Source of the DNA: Calditrichaceae bacterium
Lineage (GTDB): Bacteria; Calditrichota; Calditrichia; Calditrichales; JBFXGD01
Assembly (NCBI GenBank): GCA_050173015.1
Contig: JBFXLE010000004.1
Coordinates: 67,470-131,469, forward strand
DNA length: 64,000 bases
Reading direction: 5' to 3'
In this document: positions 56,840 through 64,000 of the stretch, piece after piece
Layout: each line of letters opens with the position of its first letter
How positions within the stretch are numbered: the first letter of the stretch is position 1
Notes under the pieces: generated by a model
Database searches by the model: none
What the model was told of the DNA's origin: nothing
What the model saw: only the letters and a program-made list of their open reading frames with translations
Position numbers and translations under genes: made by a program

Positions 56840-57997
56840 ATGAAAATCAGCGGATTTGTAATATTTCTAACCATTATTCTTGCTATCTACGGTTCAGTTA
56901 ATTTTTATATATTTCTGCGAGGCTGGGAGGCGCTGTCTCGATATCCCACTTTTAAAATATATTTTTTTATATTTTTCTGGTCAATCGCCGCGTCATTTAT
57001 TGCCGGAAGGATTCTTGAAAAATATGGATTTTTCGCGGTTTCCAAAATTTTGATTCATATGGGATCCTACTGGCTGGCGATGATGCTTTATTTGTTTCTG
57101 ATTTTACTGGTTATTGATCTGGTCAGGTTAATAAATCATTTCATCCCATTTTTCCCGGACTATATCTATAATAATTATCATTCAGTCAAACAAATCACCG
57201 CGGTGTCCGTCGTCCTGTCTGCATTAATCATTGTGTGGGCAGGGCATATCAATGCTGTCATTCCCGGAATCAGAACACTTGAACTCAAAATTGACAAACG
57301 TGTTGAAAATACAAAAAACTTAAATATAGTCCTTGCATCGGATATCCATCTCGGGACCATTATCGGTCGTTCCGAAATTGATAATATCGTGGCTATGATT
57401 AACAAACTTGAACCTGATATTGTTCTCTTGCCCGGAGATATTGTTGATGAGGATATCGGTCCGGTAATAAGACAAAATTTGGGAGAAGCGCTCAATAATA
57501 TCCGGACTCGATACGGTGTCTTTGCCGTTACGGGAAATCATGAATTTATAGGCGGTGTTGAATCTGCTCATCAATACCTTTCGGGACATAGAATAACCAT
57601 GCTAAGGGATAGCGTCGCCAGGATTAACAGCGGTATTTTTATAGTGGGAAGAGAAGATATTTCTGTGAATCGTTTTATGGGAAAAAAACGGAAAACTATT
57701 GAGAAGTTATTAGAGAACGTGGATAAGGAGTATCCGGTGATTTTGCTTGATCATCAGCCATTCAATCTGGATGAGGCTGCCGATAATGGAATTGATTTAC
57801 AGATCTCCGGGCACACGCATCACGGGCAGTTATGGCCGTTTAATTTTATAACTTCTAAGGTGTATGAAATAAGTCATGGTTATAAAAAAATCAAACACAC
57901 ACATTTTTATATCTCATCCGGGGTAGGGACATGGGGGCCCCCGGTCAGGATCGGCAACCGTCCTGAGATTGTCAATATAAAACTAAGTTTTAAGTGA
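56840..57997 (+). CDS. Membrane-anchored metallophosphoesterase
   Basis: Four N-terminal TM segments, then ASDIHLG, LPGDIVD, TGNHE and SGHTHHGQ. Confidence 0.8.
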   Translation: MKISGFVIFLTIILAIYGSVNFYIFLRGWEALSRYPTFKIYFFIFFWSIAASFIAGRILEKYGFFAVSKILIHMGSYWLAMMLYLFLILLVIDLVRLINHFIPFFPDYIYNNYHSVKQITAVSVVLSALIIVWAGHINAVIPGIRTLELKIDKRVENTKNLNIVLASDIHLGTIIGRSEIDNIVAMINKLEPDIVLLPGDIVDEDIGPVIRQNLGEALNNIRTRYGVFAVTGNHEFIGGVESAHQYLSGHRITMLRDSVARINSGIFIVGREDISVNRFMGKKRKTIEKLLENVDKEYPVILLDHQPFNLDEAADNGIDLQISGHTHHGQLWPFNFITSKVYEISHGYKKIKHTHFYISSGVGTWGPPVRIGNRPEIVNIKLSFK

Positions 57998-58150
57998 CTG
58001 GAATCGATGGATTTAGTAGAAAATAACTGTGAGATCAGATCAAATATAGATTCCCGGTCGGGAAAATTGACCAGGCGGATAAGAATAAATGAAATTTAAT
58101 GAATTTTTGCCGATGATATTTATAAGGATATCTAACGCAGGGAGGCTTGT

Positions 58151-58477
58151 ATGAAAATATTTATCGGAAATGTGTCAAAATCCGTTGAAGCAAAAGAATT
58201 AAAAGAGGCGTTCCAGGCTTTCGGCCGACTTGAGTCGATCGAAATTAAAGAGCAGGAAGTAATGGGAAAAATGGAAACGTATGTTATTGTTGAAATGCCG
58301 GTTGAGTCCGAAGCAAGGAGGGCAATGGAAAGTCTGGACGGAATGGAGTGGATGGGAAACATCATCAGTGTCCATCCGGCAAGGGTAAACCTGGAAGACC
58401 GCCGGAAAAGTGGAAGAGGTGGTGGGCGCCGATTTACTGATCATCACAGATCCGAGGTGTCCAAAGGGGGGAAATAA
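58151..58477 (+). CDS. RRM-type RNA-binding protein with an Arg/Gly-rich tail
   Basis: MKIFIGNVS (RNP-2-like), an RRM fold and the tail RRKSGRGGGRRF. Confidence 0.85.
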   Translation: MKIFIGNVSKSVEAKELKEAFQAFGRLESIEIKEQEVMGKMETYVIVEMPVESEARRAMESLDGMEWMGNIISVHPARVNLEDRRKSGRGGGRRFTDHHRSEVSKGGK

Positions 58478-58767
58478 TAACCGGTATTCACATCAGAATC
58501 GCCCATAACCGCATTTTTGAGTGCGATCCTTGTTTTCTGTACTGCCATCCCGGAGTAAAGTACTGTTTAATGTCCGGGAATTGGAAAGTGATCACCGATT
58601 TGTGGATGAATTTCATTGGCGCTTTTAGATTGCTAAATCGCTCCGGAATATATCCCTGATATACTGACTCCGGGTCAGATATATGGTCTGTAAATCGTAA
58701 AGAATGAATAAATCAAGACTGAAACATAAACAGAAAACGGCCGTAGATTATAGAAAACTAAATTGGG

Positions 58768-58968
58768 ATGAAAATGGAAAAATTATATCGATCCAAAAAA
58801 GACAGAAAAATCGCAGGAATCTGTGGAGGACTTGAGACTCTGATGGGAGTAGATTCAACAATAATACGGTTGCTGGCCATTCTGATCGGGATTGTCACCG
58901 GGATATTTCCGGTGCTCATCACTTACATTATCGGCTGGATAATCATTCCGGAATCGCCGGAGTCGTAA
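58768..58968 (+). CDS. PspC-domain membrane protein
   Basis: LYRSKKDRKIAGICGGLE followed by one TM segment. Confidence 0.75.
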   Translation: MKMEKLYRSKKDRKIAGICGGLETLMGVDSTIIRLLAILIGIVTGIFPVLITYIIGWIIIPESPES

Positions 58969-59413
58969 AAACGCAATTTCCAGATTAGATTCACCAATTT
59001 CCGCCGAAGTTTTTTATTATATTTATGGAATTGGCCTAATCCGCTCGTTTTGTCCGGAAATAATTTAATTCTTGATTATCGCATAGAACACATCTATTAT
59101 ATTCCTGTTCGGCCGGATTTTCAGCTGAGTTTCTCTGAAAATTATATGGACCGCACCACCGGTCGATCGGTCGTATTCTGATCATTCATTATTCATAAAA
59201 AATTGACAGTTTATCGAATGGGGGAGATTCGATGTAAATATCAATTACCGGATAATGACACACCTGAAAAAATAATATTAAAGCACTTTCGGACCACCGC
59301 CTGTATCGTCGCGAGAGCGCCGATTTATTCTGCCAACAATAACGACACCATCCGCATCCTATCATCACGCGCTAAGAATAAATGAGATATCTTTTTGATA
59401 ACAGGAAAATTAA

Positions 59414-61600
59414 ATGCATGGAGGAAAGCGGTTAATCCATTTATTCGGAGGAACTATGATAAAATCTTTCATGTTAGTGCTCGGACTTATCCTGATTAGC
59501 GCGGGACAAATGCCGGCGCAGGCTGTAACTCACGGCCCGGTCGTTGGCGGGGTAACCTCTCAATCAGCGGAATTCGTCCTAAGAGTTGACGTAGCTGCTA
59601 AAATACAGTTGCAAATATCAACGAATCTTTCTTTTTCTCCATCCATCTTGTCCACGACGGTTTATGTGGATAATTCTACCGATTACTTCGGAAAAGTATC
59701 TGCCGCGGGACTTTCACCGGCAACACGATATTACTACAGACCGGTTATTAACGGGATACCGCTTGAGACTGCCGCTGTCCGGACATTTAGAACTTTTCCG
59801 CCCTCCGGAAGTCATGCTGAATTCAAATTCTTAACAGGATCATGCCAACAGGCGGATCCGGATCCGAATTCGGGGATAGGAATGATTTTCCCAAAAATGG
59901 CCAAGGAAAACGCGCTTTTCCTTTTGCATCAGGGAGACTGGGGTTATCCGGATACAACTGATATAGAATCAGGCAATCCGGGCCATTATTTTGCCCTGGA
60001 CTACGGTCGTGTTCGGGAGACTTATCGCGCCAGATATGATCCCACTTTTCCAATGGATGCCCTTTTAAAAGTGATGCCTGTCGCTTACACCTATGATGAT
60101 CATGACATGGTTGACGACAACAGTGATTATACCTATGCGGGGATTGCCAATTCAATAAAAGGGTACATGGAGATGTTTCCGGATTATCCCCTTCCGAATC
60201 CTGATGGCGGTATTTGGCATAAATTTAGCTGCGGCAATGCCGATTTCTTTATGCTGGATAATCGATCTCAGCGTGATCCTTCATTGGAGTCATTTTTCTC
60301 CCTGCCATCCAATAGTTTTCTGGGTGACGGATATGTTATGTATAATCCGTCTCCGGAACATCGAATTCTGTCCGGGAATCCTTTTATGACGGGTGAGGAT
60401 CAGATGACCTGGCTTCTCAGGGAATTAAGCCGTTCAACCGCGCACTGGAAATTTATATCGACCGGAACCCCTTTTAATCCTGCCCTGAGGGGCGGGCTGG
60501 AACTTGCCTTATTACTGCAGAATGAACCGCGCTTCAATCCGATTATAACACCGCAGGGATCATTTACTCCGCTGCAGATTGCCGGGGAATTTGCCGATAA
60601 ATGGGCCGGTTATCCTGAAAGCATCATCCGGCTGCTCAATCATATCATTACAAATAAAATTGAAAATGTCATTTTTCTCAGCGGGGATACTCATACATCG
60701 GGCATTGATGACGGGGCCAATTCAATCATCCCCGAACTCATGGCCGGACCGCTTGACAGAACTAACAGCCGGATTGTCGCGCTGCTGGAGCAGTTTGGGG
60801 TGTTTATCTTCAATAAAGGCGGACAGACGAGCACGCAGACAGATTTTGGAAACGCGTACGGTCGTGTCAGCGTATCAGGTACCGAATTGGTCACCCTGGA
60901 AGTTGTGAGCGAAAGTGGAAATGTCATTGCAAGTCATGTTGTCAAATCAGGATTTCTCCCATCCCGTGTGGGGGGGCTTGTGGTTCCGGCCGGTCTGGCT
61001 TTTGGAGAATTGAATACAGGGACTATTGGAACGCAGGCTATAGTGATTGTCAATACCAGTGTTGACCCGCTTGTTGTGTCAAATATTACAAGCAGCGATC
61101 CGCTCCATTTCAGGGTTTTTCCAAAATCCTTTACTGTTCTGCCCGGTACAGTCCGGCGCGCTGTAGTGACCTACTTTCCATTTGGTGCAGGAAAAACCCA
61201 TCAGGCTCTTCTTACTGTACATACAAATGACCCCGACGGACCGGGTTATGTTCAGGTGTCCGGATCCGCGGCGGCTGCTTTCGCAATGGTAGAGGAACAG
61301 AGCGCTGTATCCGGAATGCCATATCAGTTTAAACTGCATCAGAATCATCCAAATCCGTTTAATCCCCGGACAGATATTCAGTATAGCATACCGGAAATGA
61401 GCCAGGTTTCGATTACGGTGTTTAATGTTCTGGGTGAAAGGATAAAAACTCTGATTAACGAGGAAAAACAATCTGGAAATTATTTTGTTTCCTGGGATGG
61501 GACTAATGAACAGCAAATTCCGGTTCAAAGTGGTATATATTTTTATACGATAACAGCCGGAAAATTTAAAGAAACCCGAAAGATGATGCTCTTAAAATAG
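59414..61600 (+). CDS. PhoD-like metallophosphatase with T9SS type-A CTD
   Basis: THGPVVGGVTSQSAEFVLRV (PhoD_N-like), HQGDWGYPD, YDDHDMVDDN and LSGDTHTSG. C-terminus NHPNPFNPRTDIQYSI...GIYFYTITAG...KMMLLK. The likely start is MIKSF at 59456. Confidence 0.75.
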   Translation: MHGGKRLIHLFGGTMIKSFMLVLGLILISAGQMPAQAVTHGPVVGGVTSQSAEFVLRVDVAAKIQLQISTNLSFSPSILSTTVYVDNSTDYFGKVSAAGLSPATRYYYRPVINGIPLETAAVRTFRTFPPSGSHAEFKFLTGSCQQADPDPNSGIGMIFPKMAKENALFLLHQGDWGYPDTTDIESGNPGHYFALDYGRVRETYRARYDPTFPMDALLKVMPVAYTYDDHDMVDDNSDYTYAGIANSIKGYMEMFPDYPLPNPDGGIWHKFSCGNADFFMLDNRSQRDPSLESFFSLPSNSFLGDGYVMYNPSPEHRILSGNPFMTGEDQMTWLLRELSRSTAHWKFISTGTPFNPALRGGLELALLLQNEPRFNPIITPQGSFTPLQIAGEFADKWAGYPESIIRLLNHIITNKIENVIFLSGDTHTSGIDDGANSIIPELMAGPLDRTNSRIVALLEQFGVFIFNKGGQTSTQTDFGNAYGRVSVSGTELVTLEVVSESGNVIASHVVKSGFLPSRVGGLVVPAGLAFGELNTGTIGTQAIVIVNTSVDPLVVSNITSSDPLHFRVFPKSFTVLPGTVRRAVVTYFPFGAGKTHQALLTVHTNDPDGPGYVQVSGSAAAAFAMVEEQSAVSGMPYQFKLHQNHPNPFNPRTDIQYSIPEMSQVSITVFNVLGERIKTLINEEKQSGNYFVSWDGTNEQQIPVQSGIYFYTITAGKFKETRKMMLLK

Positions 61601-61624
61601 TGTAAACCCGGAAAAATTTTAAAC

Positions 61625-62164
61625 ATGGTACATCAGAAAATGAAAAAGCCCGGATTAAATTTTATGATGAAAAAGTTTCTAGTGATGAGCATAATAATTA
61701 TGACGGGGGTAATGGCTTGTTCGCAGAAGTCGAAGCATTCGGAAAGGTCAAATGTGAAGTACAAAATCCAGAAATCGGACGAAGAATGGCGCAAAATTCT
61801 GACAAATGAACAATATATCATCACCAGAAAAAAAGGAACGGAATCGCCTTTTTCGGGAAAATATAACAACTTCAAAGAGCAGGGGATATTTGAGTGCGTA
61901 TGTTGCGGAAATGAGTTGTTTAGTTCGGAAACAAAATATAATTCGGGAAGCGGATGGCCGAGTTTCTGGGCTCCTTTCTCCAATGAAAAAATAAATAAGG
62001 ATGAAGACCGAACTCTTTTCATGACGAGAACGGAAGTGACATGCAGTCAGTGCGGGGCGCATCTCGGACATGTTTTTGAAGATGGTCCCGAACCGACCGG
62101 TCTCCGTTATTGCATAAATTCTGCCGCGCTAAAGTTTGTGGGGAATGAAGACGATAAAGAGTAA
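61625..62164 (+). CDS. msrB: Peptide-methionine (R)-S-oxide reductase MsrB (lipoprotein form)
   Basis: CVCCGNELF...GSGWPSF...CSQCGAHLGHVFEDGP is the canonical MsrB. Lipobox GVMACS. The start is probably an internal Met (about 61664). Confidence 0.9.
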   Translation: MVHQKMKKPGLNFMMKKFLVMSIIIMTGVMACSQKSKHSERSNVKYKIQKSDEEWRKILTNEQYIITRKKGTESPFSGKYNNFKEQGIFECVCCGNELFSSETKYNSGSGWPSFWAPFSNEKINKDEDRTLFMTRTEVTCSQCGAHLGHVFEDGPEPTGLRYCINSAALKFVGNEDDKE

Positions 62165-62376
62165 ATGACATACAAACCGTCATTGAAAATTTAATTGAAC
62201 TTATCGGGATACGGTTTGTAAAATAAAATAATTTACGCTGCGCGGGAAATTTAACAGGGAAATTTTCTGCGCGATGATTGATGCCCTGAAGCAAGGAGGT
62301 GATCCTATTAGTAGTCGAAGTATGAAAGGAGCCTCCGTCGAGATCTGCTAGCACCAGATCCGCGGGCTCCATAAGT

Positions 62377-62412
62377 AAAAGCCCCCGTTTGTTTACGGGG
62401 GCTTTTTTTTTA
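62377..62412. terminator. Bidirectional Rho-independent terminator
   Basis: GCCCCCG-TTTGTTTA-CGGGGGC is flanked by an A-run upstream and T9 downstream. It lies between convergent msrB and the GGDEF-EAL gene. Confidence 0.8.
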
Positions 62413-62462
62413 TTGAAGATGCCAGATGTATTCAATTTATATCTATCGAGAAGGATGTATAC

Positions 62463-64000
62463 CTAGGAAAAAACCGTACTAAGCAGATTTTCTTTCTGCA
62501 AATACTTTTCGAACGCGCTGAGAGTCAATGGAGGACTGAATAAAAAGCCCTGAAACTTTGCGCAATTTTGGGACTCAAGAAGATAAAGATCTTCCAACTG
62601 TTCAATACCTTCTGCAATGACGTCCTTGTTCAAATCCATCCCCAGTTTGATAATTGAATTTACAAGTTCCATATGTTTGGGATTTGTGCTGATGTGTTTG
62701 ATAAATGATTTGTCTATTTTAATGGTCTGGGCGGTGAATTTCTGAAGATAAACAAGTGAAGCATAACCGGTTCCAAAGTCATCGATCGCGAGCCTGAAGC
62801 CGAGTGTTGATAATTCATTTAGATTTCTAAGAACCTCAATATGATTATCCATATAACTCGTTTCGGTTAATTCAATTTGTACCATACCCGGATCCACATC
62901 CAGAATCCGCATCATTTTCTCGATTTTTCGTATCATATTTGTCGCCTGAAGCTGCTTTGCCGAAAAATTGACGGAGACGTACAGGCGATCACTATGGCGC
63001 GAGATTATCTCTTTAAAATCCCGGCAAGCCTTATATAAAATCCATTCCCCGATAGTCGATATGAGATTGGATTGTTCGGCGATTGGAATAAATAGATCCG
63101 GATGAACAACACCAAGTTCAGGATGCTTCCAGCGTACCAATGCTTCCGAACCAATCGTTTTATATGAATTTTTTGAAATTTTTTCTACAATCGGCTGAAA
63201 TAAGATTTCAAACTGACTTGAAAAATCGGCTTCATTTGAAACCCTTCTAAGCGCTTTTTCAATGTTTAATTTCCTGAGCAGTTGTTCCGTCATATTTCTT
63301 GAAAAGAACTGAAAATTGTTTTTGCCTTTCTTTTTTGCGTTATACATGGCTGTGTCAGCATTCTGGATGAGCAGTTCATTTACCATACCATCCATTGGAA
63401 ATAATACAATCCCGATACTTATACTCAGGAATGTAATTTTATGACCGGATATATAATAAGGATCGGCGACGTATTGTATGATTTTCTCAGCAATTTTTCC
63501 CGCATCATAATCCTGATGGATATTTTTGAGGATAATGGAGAACTCATCACCGCCAACTCTGAATACAGAATCTGATTTACGAACACAAATGTTGATTCTT
63601 GATGCGACCTCTTTCAATACTTTATCGCCGATATCATGACCAAACGAGTCGTTTATCACCTTGAAATTGTCCAGGTCACAATATAGAACAGCCGTTATAT
63701 TTTCGTCGGTGTCTCTTTCCGCGTCCAGAATGATCTGATTAACAACTTCGTAGAACGCGTACCGGTTTTTGAGTCCGGTGAGCATATCGTGATAGGCCTG
63801 ATATTTTAGTTCTTTTTGCCCAAGGATTGTAGAGCTGAGATTGGTTCCAAACAGACAAATAGATGAAATTTTTTTCTGATCTTTATCAGCGAAAATGGGT
63901 TGATAATATCTTTTGTAATATAAGGTCTTTTTTTTATCAGGGATGTAAAGTTTTTCAGTGAATTTTACTGTTGTTTTTTCGGTTAGCGCGCGTTCAAAAT
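62463..64000 (-). CDS. GGDEF-EAL signalling protein (5' end beyond window)
   Basis: Intact RVGGDEF and SEALVRW motifs. I checked the minus-strand frame codon by codon from 63786 to 64000 and found no stop, so the gene continues upstream (...LKYQAYHDMLTGLKNR is a typical sensor-to-GGDEF junction). Confidence 0.9.
   Translation of the reverse strand, partial: FERALTEKTTVKFTEKLYIPDKKKTLYYKRYYQPIFADKDQKKISSICLFGTNLSSTILGQKELKYQAYHDMLTGLKNRYAFYEVVNQIILDAERDTDENITAVLYCDLDNFKVINDSFGHDIGDKVLKEVASRINICVRKSDSVFRVGGDEFSIILKNIHQDYDAGKIAEKIIQYVADPYYISGHKITFLSISIGIVLFPMDGMVNELLIQNADTAMYNAKKKGKNNFQFFSRNMTEQLLRKLNIEKALRRVSNEADFSSQFEILFQPIVEKISKNSYKTIGSEALVRWKHPELGVVHPDLFIPIAEQSNLISTIGEWILYKACRDFKEIISRHSDRLYVSVNFSAKQLQATNMIRKIEKMMRILDVDPGMVQIELTETSYMDNHIEVLRNLNELSTLGFRLAIDDFGTGYASLVYLQKFTAQTIKIDKSFIKHISTNPKHMELVNSIIKLGMDLNKDVIAEGIEQLEDLYLLESQNCAKFQGFLFSPPLTLSAFEKYLQKENLLSTVFS

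Noticed and set aside
59203-59385. 60-aa ORF upstream of the PhoD-like gene
   Set aside because: It is the minimum length, has no motif, and lies in the likely promoter region.
62293-62305. 3' end of a 16S rRNA gene on the minus strand (GGATCACCTCCTT)
   Set aside because: The sequence that would form the 16S body (higher coordinates) is a hairpin, a terminator and then a clear GGDEF-EAL coding region. There is no rRNA-like sequence. The motif is retained only as an SD-like curiosity.
62019-62435. 138-aa minus-strand ORF
   Set aside because: It overlaps the 3' part of msrB antisense and runs through the hairpins and terminator. Its composition is not protein-like.
1-64000. Mobile genetic element or genomic-island boundaries
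   Set aside because: I recognised no integrase, transposase, phage genes, tRNA attachment sites or flanking direct repeats. The many antisense ORFs inside long genes (for example 1180-1548, 3043-3326, 19002-19385) are shadow ORFs.

Overview
Gene-dense 64-kb window from an uncultivated, moderately AT-rich bacterium. It probably belongs to the FCB superphylum: at least three secreted proteins end in 'PNPFNP'-type T9SS C-terminal sorting domains, a fourth has a related C-terminal domain, and a PorV/PorQ-like barrel is present. I recognised no rRNA, tRNA, CRISPR array, transposase or integrase. Layout: (i) 1-15.5 kb is a SusD-less, PUL-like alpha-1,6-glucan (dextran) locus. It holds a TonB-dependent receptor, a 1184-aa Ca-binding/FN3 surface protein, a PorV-like barrel, a Na+/sugar symporter, two GH66 paralogues and an (alpha/alpha)6 hydrolase with a CBM. 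(ii) 16-33 kb holds stress and housekeeping genes (DUF1697, OsmC, YaiI, desaturase, SLC12-like transporter, YhhN, ClpS) and small regulatory modules (BlaI/BlaR1-TonB, MerR+VIT-vWA, a J-like/LRR protein, an orphan CsgG-like lipoprotein). (iii) 33.9-47.2 kb is a convergent respiratory island. On the + strand: a MerR/Cys-rich regulator, a PsrABC-like Mo-bisPGD oxidoreductase, a split YeeE/YedE and a Cys-less rhodanese. Facing it on the - strand: MobA, an unknown membrane protein, Rieske, cytochrome b, an 11(+1)-haem and a 10-haem cytochrome c. (iv) 47-64 kb holds T9SS cargo (adhesin-like protein, PhoD-like phosphatase), DUF1028, an aminotransferase, an SDR, a response regulator, an RRM protein, PspC, MsrB and a 5'-truncated GGDEF-EAL gene. 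The most unusual DNA-level feature is a non-coding 172-bp tandem array (3.2 copies, 38163-38710) between psrC-like and yeeE-like genes. Each unit is a 7-nt-phased polypurine tract joined to a 93-nt imperfect hairpin. All functional calls come from motif reading of the supplied translations. No database search was possible.
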